The position numbers and the translations under genes were made by a program. Below are positions 21,560 to 31,014 of a stretch of 40,207 bases of DNA, piece by piece (within the stretch, counting starts at the first letter, position 1; every line of letters begins with the position of its first letter). Under the pieces are notes generated by a model that worked only from the letters and a program-made list of their open reading frames with translations, searched no databases and was not told the DNA's origin. Location of the stretch: sequence record SRR20825019_739, one strand, 5' to 3'.

Positions 21560-21868
21560 TTATGCCTTATCCAGAATTTGCCGCTTTTTCTCGTTGAATT
21601 CTTTTTCAGTCAATACGCCCTTATCCCTCAGGCTGGCGAGCTTTTCAATTTCATCTGCAGCGCTACGCTTATTGCCATCACCAATGACGACAGCGCTGGG
21701 GTTTGTAAAAGACCATATCAGTGCAGCAACCCAGCCTAAAAATGTCCAGCCCAGCAAAAAATTAAGTAAAAAAATAGCGCCGGTGGAGGTGTGGTTTCGC
21801 TGGGTGGCGATGATGGTTGGCAGGAAATAGAATGCTAAAAAAATTGCAAAAATAATTAATTCGCCCAT
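21560..21868 (-). CDS. Superinfection immunity (T4 Imm-like) membrane protein with C-terminal SHOCT domain
   Basis: YFLPTIIA..RNH...IFLLNFLLGWTFLGWVAALIWS; ADEIEKLASLRDKGVLTEKEFNEKKRQIL; AGGAG RBS. Confidence 0.85.
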   Translation of the reverse strand: MGELIIFAIFLAFYFLPTIIATQRNHTSTGAIFLLNFLLGWTFLGWVAALIWSFTNPSAVVIGDGNKRSAADEIEKLASLRDKGVLTEKEFNEKKRQILDKA

Positions 21869-21945
21869 TTATGCTCCTAAATAATCGCGCCTGAATTGAT
21901 GCTGACAGATTTCACCGTCTAACGCTGTGAAACCAGTATGTCTGG

Positions 21946-23034
21946 CTAAAAAATATCGATAAGATCCAGCGCCAGTTGAGGCGCTTGCTTATCGGTGGAC
22001 TGCGCATCAAAACTACTGAGACTGAGTCCTACTAATCTCACGGGGGTGGTGCCGGCGTCAGTTTTTTTAAGTAGGACGGGTATCACCGTTTTCAGGTCCT
22101 GCAGTGTAACAGGCTGCTCAAGCGTGATTGCCCGTGTAACCTGCTGAAAATTGTTGTACTTGACCTTGACAGTAACAGTTCTGGCTTTGAGCTGCTGCTT
22201 TTGCAGGTTTTCCAGTACGATACCTGCCAGATCGAGCAGTTTTGCTGTAATTTCCACGACAGAAACAATATCTTCAGCAAAAGTGGTTTCCTTGCCCAGT
22301 GATTTGCGGATCCGCTGGCTGCGAACCGGGCGTTCGTCAATGGCACGGGCGATATTGAAGTAATACTGGCCGGATTTGCCGAAACGTTCGGTGAGTTCGG
22401 CCAGCGTTTTCTGACGCAGATCGAGGCCGGTTTCAATGCCGAGCTTTTTCATCTTGGTTTCGGTGGCGGGACCGATGCCGTGAAATTTGCCGACCGGCAG
22501 GGTTTCGACAAATTTTTCGCCCTGCTCGGGACGGATGACATAGAGACCATCAGGCTTGTCCATATCCGAGGCAATTTTGGCGAGAAACTTGTTATAGGAC
22601 ACGCCGGCAGAAGCGGTGAGCCGGGTTTCTGCCAGTATCTCTCGCTTTATTGCCCGGGCTATCAGAGTAGCCGAGCCGTTAAATTCAGCGGTATAGCTGA
22701 CATCCAGATAAGCTTCATCCAGTGATAAAGGTTCGACTTCGCTGGCATAACGCCAGAATATCTCGCGGATTTGTGTTGATACTTCACGATAAGCTTCAAA
22801 CCGCGGCCGCACGAAAATCGCATGGGGACATAAACGATAGGCCCGGGCGCAGGGCATGGCGGAGTGAATGCCGAACTTTCTGGCTTCGTAACTGCAGGCG
22901 GCAACGACACCGCGGCTGTCGGGTTGACCACCGACGATGAGAGGCTTGCCGTGGTATTCGGGATGGTCACGTTGCTCTACCGATGCAAAAAAAGCATCCA
23001 TATCGACGTGAATAATTTTGCGTTGTCGGGCCAT
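21946..23034 (-). CDS. dinB: DNA polymerase IV
   Basis: RKIIHVDMDAFFASVEQRD, SYEARKFG, SLDEAYLD, KFLAKIASDMDKPDG, VRLVG; C-terminal QLAL clamp-binding-like motif. Confidence 0.97.
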   Translation of the reverse strand: MARQRKIIHVDMDAFFASVEQRDHPEYHGKPLIVGGQPDSRGVVAACSYEARKFGIHSAMPCARAYRLCPHAIFVRPRFEAYREVSTQIREIFWRYASEVEPLSLDEAYLDVSYTAEFNGSATLIARAIKREILAETRLTASAGVSYNKFLAKIASDMDKPDGLYVIRPEQGEKFVETLPVGKFHGIGPATETKMKKLGIETGLDLRQKTLAELTERFGKSGQYYFNIARAIDERPVRSQRIRKSLGKETTFAEDIVSVVEITAKLLDLAGIVLENLQKQQLKARTVTVKVKYNNFQQVTRAITLEQPVTLQDLKTVIPVLLKKTDAGTTPVRLVGLSLSSFDAQSTDKQAPQLALDLIDIF

Positions 23035-23173
23035 GATGACTGAACTGAACAAAGTTCTCGCTATTTTCTCATGAATGCGCATGACAACGCAGCATGAGAT
23101 TGCTGTTTGTTAGGTGGATTGCTGTATCGGTCGATGGTACTTTAACTGACTGAACCTCATCAGAGAGCGCAGC

Positions 23174-24715
23174 TTGATAGCAAAACTACATTCCTGGCAG
23201 GAGAGTCTCAAAGCTTTCGCGCATCCGCGCGTGGTCACGATGCTGTTTTACGGTGTGGTCGCCGGTTTGCCGCTGTTACTGATTTTTTCTTCATTAAGTC
23301 TGTGGCTGCGCGAAGCCGGTGTCGAGCGGGCTGCGGTGACCTATTTCAGTTGGGCCGCGCTGGGTTATTCCTTCAAATTTGTCTGGGCGCCGCTGATTGA
23401 TGTCATTCCCCTGCCCATCCTGACACGAAAGCTCGGGCGTCGTCGTGCCTGGCTGTTGTTATCGCAACTGATGGTGATGCTGTCTATTGCTTTGATGGCG
23501 CTGGTGGATCCGGCCAGTCAGGGGTTGACCTTAATGGCGCTGGCAGCCGTATTACTTGGTTTCTCGGCAGCAACCCAGGATATCGTGATTGATGCCTACC
23601 GGATCGAGTCTGCCGGCAAAGAGTTGCAGGCATTGATGTCAGCCAGTTATATCGCCGGTTACCGTATCGGCATGCTGATCGCCGGGGCCGGTGCTTTGTT
23701 TCTGGCCAGCTATTTCGGTTCAACACTGGGCAGTTATGATTTCAATGCCTGGCAGATAACCTATCTGGTGATGAGCGGCTTTATGCTGATAGGGATAATC
23801 ACCACCCTGGTGATTGATGAGCCGGCAGTGAATCAGACTATCCGCACGCAGGTCGCCAGTGATTACGCGGGTTTGTTTTTCACTTTTGTGGTCGCAGTCA
23901 GTGGTTTTATCGCTTTTTTTGCGTCCAGTGCCGAACTGGCTTTACAGGCCAAGCTGGTGGTGGCTGGCTGGGTGCTTAATGCGAACCTCGCCGGTGTGCT
24001 GGTGGAGATGCTGCGACTGGCATTGGCTTCAGGGGTGGCTGTGTTACTGGCGCTGTTCTGCCTGCGCTTTGAGTGGGTCGATAAGGCGCTGCTGAAACGC
24101 AGTTATCTGGAACCGATTCAGGACTTCTTTCGACGTTATGGCTGGTCGCTGGCCTGGCTGTTGCTGGCACTGGTCGGGCTTTACCGGATTTCGGATATTG
24201 TGCTGGGCGTGATTGCCAATGTTTTTTATCAGGACATGGGCTTCACCAAGCCACAGATAGCGACGGTAGTGAAAACCTTCGGTCTGTTTATGACGCTACT
24301 CGGTGGTTTTCTGGGCGGCATTCTGGCTGTGCGCTATGGTGTGATGCGGATTCTGATGCTGGGCGCCATTTTATCTGCAGCGACGAACCTGTTATTTATG
24401 CTGTTGGCGGGAATGGGCAACGAGGTGTGGATGTTGTATGTGGTCATTTCCGCCGATAACCTTTCCGGCGGTCTCGCCAGTGCCGCGTTTGTCGCCTTTC
24501 TGTCGAGCCTGACGAATATATCCTTTACCGCGGTGCAGTACGCGATTTTTTCTTCACTGATGACACTGCTGCCGAAAATGCTGGGTGGTTACTCGGGGAC
24601 CATGGTCGATGCGATTGGTTATCAGGGCTTCTTTTTGTCGACCGCTTTGATGGGCTTGCCGGTGTTGCTACTGATTATTCTGGCGACAAAACGCTTTAAT
24701 CTGGAGCAGTCATGA
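23174..24715 (+). CDS. ampG: AmpG family muropeptide MFS transporter
   Basis: GLPLLL, KFVWAPLID, GRRRAW, SAATQDIVIDAYRIE, GYRIG, FTAVQYAIFSS. Confidence 0.9.
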   Translation: MIAKLHSWQESLKAFAHPRVVTMLFYGVVAGLPLLLIFSSLSLWLREAGVERAAVTYFSWAALGYSFKFVWAPLIDVIPLPILTRKLGRRRAWLLLSQLMVMLSIALMALVDPASQGLTLMALAAVLLGFSAATQDIVIDAYRIESAGKELQALMSASYIAGYRIGMLIAGAGALFLASYFGSTLGSYDFNAWQITYLVMSGFMLIGIITTLVIDEPAVNQTIRTQVASDYAGLFFTFVVAVSGFIAFFASSAELALQAKLVVAGWVLNANLAGVLVEMLRLALASGVAVLLALFCLRFEWVDKALLKRSYLEPIQDFFRRYGWSLAWLLLALVGLYRISDIVLGVIANVFYQDMGFTKPQIATVVKTFGLFMTLLGGFLGGILAVRYGVMRILMLGAILSAATNLLFMLLAGMGNEVWMLYVVISADNLSGGLASAAFVAFLSSLTNISFTAVQYAIFSSLMTLLPKMLGGYSGTMVDAIGYQGFFLSTALMGLPVLLLIILATKRFNLEQS

Positions 24716-25308
24716 GTCTGCGCAATCTGACTTTCCTGTTACTGATTGGTCTGTTTGTCTGGCAGTGTCGAGCGGCTGAGACGGTGACCCTGGGGCCGGG
24801 AATAAAAGTGCCGGCAACGCCTGAGCAGACAGCCATCAGCAGTGGCGAGACCTTTGAATTCAATGATTACCTGATTACGCCGCTGGCCGACTTTTCCCTT
24901 GAGGCGAAGGTCCTGTCGCGGGAAGATTATTTTCTCGATAGGGAGAGTGATCTGGCACCGACCGATCTGGCGCTGGGCTGGCAGCAGATGTCCGACGAAT
25001 CGGTGTTGTCACAAATTGATATCAGCCAGTCAGGCCGCTGGTATCACTGGCGGGTCGAGGATTTCCCGATACCAAGGAAAGCGATTGAAACCCAGAGCGC
25101 CAATATGCATATGGTACCTGCCGATGAGTATGTCGCTGTCATGCTGGAGCTGGTCAAGCCCGGTCAGCTTATCAGCCTGGAAGGGCAGTTGATTCGGGCT
25201 CAAAGCTATGACGGCTGGCGCTGGCAGAGCTCGTTATCGCGCGAGGATACCGGTGCCAGTGCCTGCGAACTGGTTTATGTAACCTCGCTGGAAATTCTGC
25301 CGCCCTAA
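24712..25308 (+). CDS. Hypothetical exported or membrane-anchored protein
   Basis: 198 aa ORF whose ATG overlaps the ampG stop; N-terminal hydrophobic segment; no family name recognised. Confidence 0.72.
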   Translation: MSLRNLTFLLLIGLFVWQCRAAETVTLGPGIKVPATPEQTAISSGETFEFNDYLITPLADFSLEAKVLSREDYFLDRESDLAPTDLALGWQQMSDESVLSQIDISQSGRWYHWRVEDFPIPRKAIETQSANMHMVPADEYVAVMLELVKPGQLISLEGQLIRAQSYDGWRWQSSLSREDTGASACELVYVTSLEILPP

Positions 25309-26672
25309 CTCGCTTTTTTCGCCAGTTGATAACAAGGACGGTAGGCCTTTTTGTCCTGGCCCAGCTTCATCCGTTTTTCTTGAACAAAGATCTGCAGAAG
25401 CTCATCAATCGCCTGCATAATCGCTGGATCACCATCGATGATGTAGGGACCGTGTTTTGCCACTTCGCGAATACCGAAAGTTTTCACATTACCGGCCACT
25501 ATCCCGGAAAACGCTGAGCGGATCTGGCTGGCGAGTTCATGCTTGGGCAGCGCCGGGTCCAGTTTCAGTGCGGCCATGTTTTCGTGAGTAGGTTGAAACG
25601 GGTACTGCAGAATCGGGTCGATATTCAGTTGCCAGTTGAAATAGTAGGCATCCTGACTGGCGTAACGATCGCGGTGAACCTGTTCGACCGCTTCGCGAAT
25701 GTCGGTGCCGACCTGGCCCGGGTCGCCGATGATAATTTTATACAGACTGGCAACCTCATCCCCCAGACACTGGCGCAGAAATTTATCCAGCGTGTCGAAG
25801 TAACTGCGGCAACATTCGGGGCCGGCAAACACCAGCGGGATGCCCTGGCGATTATCCGGGTGCAGCAGGATACTGAGCAGATACATGATCTCCTCAACGG
25901 TACCGACGCCGCCGGGGAAGACGACAATCGCATGACCCAGACGAACAAAGGCTTCCAGCCGTTTTTCAATATCGGGCATGATCACCAGTTCATTAACGAT
26001 CGCATTGGGTGACTCGGAAGCGATAATGCCGGGCTCACTGATACCAATGTAGCGGCCGTTTTTGATTTGCTGTTTGGCGTGCCCCACCGCGGCCCCTTTC
26101 ATCGGGCCTTTCATCGCGCCGATACCGCAACCGGTGATGATATCGAGACCGCGTAGCCCGAGTTCATAACCGACATGCTTGGCATAATCATATTCGTCAC
26201 GTGGTATCGAGTGGCCACCCCAGCAGACGACCAGGTTGGGTGACACGCCCGGACGTACTACCCCGGCGTTACGCAGGATACGGAATACTTTATCGGTGAT
26301 TTTGCCCGGGTCATCGGCTTCTTCGGCCAGGATTTTGAAGTCGGTATAAACAATATCGCGCAGCACTGAAGACAGATGCTCCTGAATACCGCGGATGATT
26401 TTGCCGTCGACAAAGGACTGTGCAGGTGCATTGAGGATTTCCAGCATGACCCCGCGTGGCTGGGGTTTAAGACGCACATCAAAGTCGGCAAAGGTCCGGA
26501 AGATTTCTTCGGCATCGTCCTGTTCACTGTCGGTATTGAGAATGGCCAGTGAACAATCACGAAACAGTTGATACAACTCGGCACTGGGGTTACTCAGTTT
26601 GTAGATTTCATCCTGTGACAGCAGGTTGAGACTGCGAACCGGACGAATCGTGGTGCGGGCGACTTTGTTCAT
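25305..26672 (-). CDS. ppnN: Nucleotide 5'-monophosphate nucleosidase PpnN (YgdH, LOG family)
   Basis: LFRDCSLAILN, VVCWGGHSI, GCGIGAMKGPMKGA, DIEKRLEAFVR, PGGVGTVEE, FSGIVAGNVK. Confidence 0.93.
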   Translation of the reverse strand: MNKVARTTIRPVRSLNLLSQDEIYKLSNPSAELYQLFRDCSLAILNTDSEQDDAEEIFRTFADFDVRLKPQPRGVMLEILNAPAQSFVDGKIIRGIQEHLSSVLRDIVYTDFKILAEEADDPGKITDKVFRILRNAGVVRPGVSPNLVVCWGGHSIPRDEYDYAKHVGYELGLRGLDIITGCGIGAMKGPMKGAAVGHAKQQIKNGRYIGISEPGIIASESPNAIVNELVIMPDIEKRLEAFVRLGHAIVVFPGGVGTVEEIMYLLSILLHPDNRQGIPLVFAGPECCRSYFDTLDKFLRQCLGDEVASLYKIIIGDPGQVGTDIREAVEQVHRDRYASQDAYYFNWQLNIDPILQYPFQPTHENMAALKLDPALPKHELASQIRSAFSGIVAGNVKTFGIREVAKHGPYIIDGDPAIMQAIDELLQIFVQEKRMKLGQDKKAYRPCYQLAKKAS

Positions 26673-26770
26673 GCATGAGCCTTTGTTGTTGTCATAGTTT
26701 GATGCTCCCACTGTTGCTGCAACGAATCAATCCCCAACTGCTGAAATCAAGCTGATTTGTGAGCTGGCTA

Positions 26771-29461
26771 TCAGGACAGGAGATATTTGCTGGCAAGCTT
26801 TACGCCGGGGTCATCGGGATCATTGCGGAGACTGAATCCCAGTTCTTCGGCCAGACGCTGCATATTAATATTGCTGGACAGAATTTCACCGTTAATCTGT
26901 TCAAAGCCCTGCTGACGGGCACTGGCAATCAAAGCCTTCATCAAGCGTGAGCCAATGCCGCGATGCTGCCATTCATCGGCCACCACCAGGGCAAATTCGC
27001 AGCTTTTGCCATCGGGGTTCATGGTGTAGCGGGCTACACCGACTTCGATTTCTTCATCATCAATATCGGTGACCGCAATCAGGGCCAGTTCCCGGCTGTA
27101 ATCGAGCTGGGTAAAGCGAATCAGCATGTCCTGAGTCAGTTCATTCAGCCGTTGCATAAAGCGGAAATAACGTGACTCTGCCGACAGCTTGCGAAAGAAG
27201 GCCTGTTCGATCATGGCATCTTCAGGACGAATCGGCCGTATCGTGATATTGCTGCCGTCCGGTAGTTGGTCGAGGCTAATCAGCTGATTGGGGTAAGGAT
27301 GAATGGCCAGATGATCGTAACGGTTAATGCCGGCTGGCTGGTGGCCGACCTCTATCCGCGCATCCAGCGCCATTACGCCCTTTTCATCGGCAATCAGCGG
27401 GTTGATATCCAGCGACAGCAATTCGGGCAGTTCGCAGACCATTTCGGATACGCGTAACAAAACCTGTATCAGCGACTGGCGGTTGATAGGGGGTAACCCC
27501 CGAAACTCACCCAGCAAACCGGATATCCTGGTTTCGGCAATCAGCCGTTCTGCCAGGAACTGATTCAGTGGCGGCAGTGCAATAGCGCGGTCCTGCAATA
27601 CTTCGACCTTGATACCGCCGGCGCCGAAGACGATAGCGGTACCAAACACCGGATCCCGGCTGGCACCGACCAGTAGCTCGCGACCGGACGGGGTCACATA
27701 CATCGGCTCCACGGTGACATGAGTAGCGTAAGGATTGCCCTGATGGACATGAACCTGCTCCAGCAGCTCGTTATAGGTCGTGCGTACCGCCTGTGCATTA
27801 CTGATATTCAGGCGGACGCCACCGACTTCAGTCTTGTGGACGATTGATGGCGAGCTGATTTTCATCACTACCGGATAACCCAGCGTCTCGGCTGCGACCA
27901 GTGCGGCATTGGCATTTTCACAGTTAATGCTGAAACTAACCGGAATATTAAATGCTTTCAGCAAAGCGCGGGATTCAGTTGTGCTCAGGGTCTGACGACC
28001 TTCTGCCAGTACACTGTCGATAATCAGTCTTGCACCTTCAACATCGGGGGCGCTGAGGGAGGCCAGCGGGCCGGGCACCTGCATCAGCAGTTGCTGGTTG
28101 TCATGGAAGCGTGACAGACAGGCAAAGGCTTCAACCGAGGATTCAGGGTGACTGAAACAGGGCAAATGATGTCTGGCAAAGCGCTTGTCCGCTTCAGCGA
28201 TTAAATCCTGTCCCATCCAGCAGGCCAGCACGGGTTTGGACTGACCCTGATGCGCTTCAATAACGGCTTCAGCGCAGGCATCCGGCTCGGTCATCGCCTG
28301 CGGCGACAGCATCACCAGCACGCCGTCGACATTATCATCGGCAAGACAGGCTCTGACCGCGTGTTGATAGCGTTCCGGTGAAGCATCGCCGAGGATGTCG
28401 ACCGGATTACGGTGTGACCAATGCGGCGGTAGTGACTGATCCAGATCTGTCAGTGTCTCTGCCGATAATTCAGCCAGTTCAATATTGAGATCAACAGCGC
28501 GGTCAGTTGCCATCACACCCAGTCCGCCGCCATTGGTCACAATCGCCAGTCGGCGGCCATGGACCCGGCTTTGTGTTGATAAAATTTCTGCAGCGGCAAA
28601 TAGCTGCTGAATGGTATCGGCCCGGACCACACCGGCCCGTTTCAACGCCGCATTAAACACATCATCGCCGCCAATCATGGCGCCGGTATGCGTCATCGCA
28701 GCCTGGGAAGCGGCCTGATGGCGGCCGGCCTTGATCACCACCACCGGTTTCATTCTGGAAGCAATGCGCAGGCCACTCATAAAGCGGCGGGCATCACGGA
28801 TCCCCTCTACATAAAGCAGGATGCTCTGGGTTTTGGGATCCTGCGCCAGGTAATCAAGCAAATCACCAAAATCGATATCGGCCGCATTACCCAGCGAGAC
28901 AATGGTCGAGAAGCCGACATCATTGGCACAGGCCCAGTCAAGGATGGCTGTACACAGTGCGCCGGACTGGGAAATCAGTGCCAGCTGACCCGGCAGTGCG
29001 GTATTTTTGCTGAATGTCGCGTTCATTCCGATGGCAGGTCGGATGAGCCCTAGACAGTTGGGTCCCAGCAGATGCATCTGATAACGTTCAGCCATCTGAA
29101 CCACAGCTTTTTCCAGACTGATACCCTGACCCTGACCCTGACTTTCACTGAAACCGGCAGAAATGATAATTGCGGCGCTGACGCCGTGTTCGCCGCAGTC
29201 ACGAATTATATCGAGCACGGTCTCTGCCGGGGTCGCAATCACGGCCAGGTCGATGGCCTTGGGCGCGTCGGCAATACGGGCGAAACAGGGTTGACTCAGC
29301 ACCTTTTTATGTTTGGGATTGATGGCATAGACTGGACCACGAAAATCGCCACTGAGCAGATTTTCAAATACGCGCCTGCCCACGGCGTTTTGCTCTTCAC
29401 TGGCACCGAAAACAGCGATACCACGCGGAGAAAACAGGCGATCCAGATAATGCGTATTCAT
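26771..29461 (-). CDS. Acyl-CoA synthetase (NDP-forming)-GNAT fusion, Pat-type protein lysine acetyltransferase
   Basis: CoA-binding domain (FGAS), GPNCLG, SQSGA, ATP-grasp (HKTEVGGV, DINPL), C-terminal GNAT (IRPIRPED, EFALVVADEWQHRGIG). Confidence 0.93.
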   Translation of the reverse strand: MNTHYLDRLFSPRGIAVFGASEEQNAVGRRVFENLLSGDFRGPVYAINPKHKKVLSQPCFARIADAPKAIDLAVIATPAETVLDIIRDCGEHGVSAAIIISAGFSESQGQGQGISLEKAVVQMAERYQMHLLGPNCLGLIRPAIGMNATFSKNTALPGQLALISQSGALCTAILDWACANDVGFSTIVSLGNAADIDFGDLLDYLAQDPKTQSILLYVEGIRDARRFMSGLRIASRMKPVVVIKAGRHQAASQAAMTHTGAMIGGDDVFNAALKRAGVVRADTIQQLFAAAEILSTQSRVHGRRLAIVTNGGGLGVMATDRAVDLNIELAELSAETLTDLDQSLPPHWSHRNPVDILGDASPERYQHAVRACLADDNVDGVLVMLSPQAMTEPDACAEAVIEAHQGQSKPVLACWMGQDLIAEADKRFARHHLPCFSHPESSVEAFACLSRFHDNQQLLMQVPGPLASLSAPDVEGARLIIDSVLAEGRQTLSTTESRALLKAFNIPVSFSINCENANAALVAAETLGYPVVMKISSPSIVHKTEVGGVRLNISNAQAVRTTYNELLEQVHVHQGNPYATHVTVEPMYVTPSGRELLVGASRDPVFGTAIVFGAGGIKVEVLQDRAIALPPLNQFLAERLIAETRISGLLGEFRGLPPINRQSLIQVLLRVSEMVCELPELLSLDINPLIADEKGVMALDARIEVGHQPAGINRYDHLAIHPYPNQLISLDQLPDGSNITIRPIRPEDAMIEQAFFRKLSAESRYFRFMQRLNELTQDMLIRFTQLDYSRELALIAVTDIDDEEIEVGVARYTMNPDGKSCEFALVVADEWQHRGIGSRLMKALIASARQQGFEQINGEILSSNINMQRLAEELGFSLRNDPDDPGVKLASKYLLS
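29123..29142. repeat. In-frame hexamer repeat (ACCCTG)x3
   Basis: ACCCTGACCCTGACCCTGAC, encoding SQGQGQG in the Pat-like protein. Confidence 0.7.
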
Positions 29462-29516
29462 GACTTCTTCCTGATAAGCTATCGGCTAATAACCTTTTCC
29501 GGCATGACTGGCACCG

Positions 29517-30437
29517 ATGACCTTAGCATTAATTTCGCACCCTGACTGCACGCTACATCAACCCGTATCCTATCACCCGGAAACGGCCGAACGACTGTCA
29601 GCGATCCATGACCAATTGCTCGCCAGCGGGCTGGAGATGATATTACATCAATATCAGGCGCCGCTGGTGACACGCGAGCAATTGGAAAGGGTACATGATG
29701 GCGGTTATCTTGATGCTATTTTCCATAAGCTCGACAGCCAGGAATTGGTCTGGCTGGATAGTGACACCGTGATGATGCCGGGCACATTGACCGCGGCCAG
29801 ACGTGCAGCCGGTGCCGTGATTGAGGCAGTGGAACTGGTGATGCAGGATCGCCATCAGATCGCTTTCTGTGCTGTCAGGCCGCCCGGTCATCACGCTGAG
29901 CGGGATAAAGCCATGGGGTTTTGTTTGTTTAATAACATTGCCGTCGGCGCTGCGCATGCGCTGCAGCAGTGGGGTGTCAGCAAACTGGCCATTATCGATT
30001 TTGATGCCCATTTCGGTAACGGTACCGAGCAGATATTTGCAGATAATGAACAGGTCATGATTTGCTCCTGTTTTCAGCACCCCTTCTATCCGGGCTGTGG
30101 TGAACCGAGCTATGACGGACATATTATCAATGTGCCGCTCGCGGCGGGTGCCGGCGGCGCAGAGCTCAGAGCCGGGGTTGAACAGCACTGGATCCCGGCC
30201 CTGGAAGCTTTCAAGCCGGAACTCATTCTGATTTCAGCCGGTTTTGATGGCCACCGTGAAGATGATATGTCGGAGCTGGATCTGGTGGAAGCTGATTATG
30301 CCTGGCTCAGTGAACAGATAAAGGCCGTGGCAGATCGGCACGCCGGTGGACGCATTGTTTCAGTACTGGAAGGAGGTTATGCCCTGTCAGCGCTGGGCCG
30401 TAGCGTGACGGCTCACCTGAAAGCTTTGCTGGGCTGA
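29517..30437 (+). CDS. Zn-dependent deacetylase, HDAC/AcuC family
   Basis: HPE..ERL, RPPGHHA, GFCLFNN, DFDAH.GNGT, SAGFD, LEGGY. Confidence 0.94.
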   Translation: MTLALISHPDCTLHQPVSYHPETAERLSAIHDQLLASGLEMILHQYQAPLVTREQLERVHDGGYLDAIFHKLDSQELVWLDSDTVMMPGTLTAARRAAGAVIEAVELVMQDRHQIAFCAVRPPGHHAERDKAMGFCLFNNIAVGAAHALQQWGVSKLAIIDFDAHFGNGTEQIFADNEQVMICSCFQHPFYPGCGEPSYDGHIINVPLAAGAGGAELRAGVEQHWIPALEAFKPELILISAGFDGHREDDMSELDLVEADYAWLSEQIKAVADRHAGGRIVSVLEGGYALSALGRSVTAHLKALLG

Positions 30438-30442
30438 GATAT

Positions 30443-30468
30443 AAAAAAGCCCCTGAAAGGGGCCTTTT
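30443..30468. terminator. Terminator between the convergent deacetylase gene and ssb
   Basis: AAAAAA-GCCCC-TGAAA-GGGGC-CTTTT. Confidence 0.8.
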
Positions 30469-30484
30469 AGATATTGAGTGACCT

Positions 30485-30973
30485 CTAAAACGGGATGTCA
30501 TCATCGTAGTAGTCGGCATCGCCACCGTAATCCGGGCCGGCCGAGCTGGAAGCCGGTTGCGGTGCGTTATAACCGCCTGAATGCTGCTGTTGGGGACGCT
30601 GATCGAAAGAAGTATCACTGCTACTTCCACCGCCGCTGCCACCTTTACTATCGAGCATGGTCATTTCATTACCGACGATTTCGGTGGTGTAGCGATCCTG
30701 ACCACTTTGATCCTGCCATTTTCGGGTCTGAATACGGCCTTCGATATAAACCTGAGACCCTTTATGCAGATACTGCTGGGCGATTTCACCCAGTTTGTTA
30801 CGCAGCACAACCCGGTGCCATTCTGTGCGTTCCTGGCGTTCACCGGTCTGACGATCTTTCCAGGTTTCCGAGGTGGCAATACGCAGGTTGCAGATCGAGC
30901 CACCGTTAGGGAATGCGCGGCTTTCGGGTTCGGTACCCAGGCGGCCGACGAGAATGACCTTGTTTACTGACAT
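30485..30973 (-). CDS. ssb: Single-stranded DNA-binding protein
   Basis: [27 protein letters not shown], acidic tail DDDIPF. Confidence 0.98.
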   Translation of the reverse strand: MSVNKVILVGRLGTEPESRAFPNGGSICNLRIATSETWKDRQTGERQERTEWHRVVLRNKLGEIAQQYLHKGSQVYIEGRIQTRKWQDQSGQDRYTTEIVGNEMTMLDSKGGSGGGSSSDTSFDQRPQQQHSGGYNAPQPASSSAGPDYGGDADYYDDDIPF

Positions 30974-31014
30974 GGCAAAATCCTTGGTTGAATTTAATGT
31001 TTTATTCTACGATG

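Noticed and set aside
21470..21739. 89 aa plus-strand ORF overlapping the imm gene
   Set aside because: Antisense to a gene with recognisable domains and RBS; no features of its own
21551..23085. 9 bp inverted repeat GTCATGCGC / GCGCATGAC flanking the imm-dinB block
   Set aside because: Too short, no transposase and no target-site duplication seen; compatible with chance
25240..25270. DTGAS in the hypothetical protein as an ApbE flavinylation motif
   Set aside because: Lacks the usual D-x-x-[ST]-G-A-[ST] spacing, no FMN-binding domain recognised, and it lies 12 kb from apbE
29479..29507. GCCGATAG upstream of the Pat-like gene as a sigma28 -10
   Set aside because: No -35 element at the correct spacing
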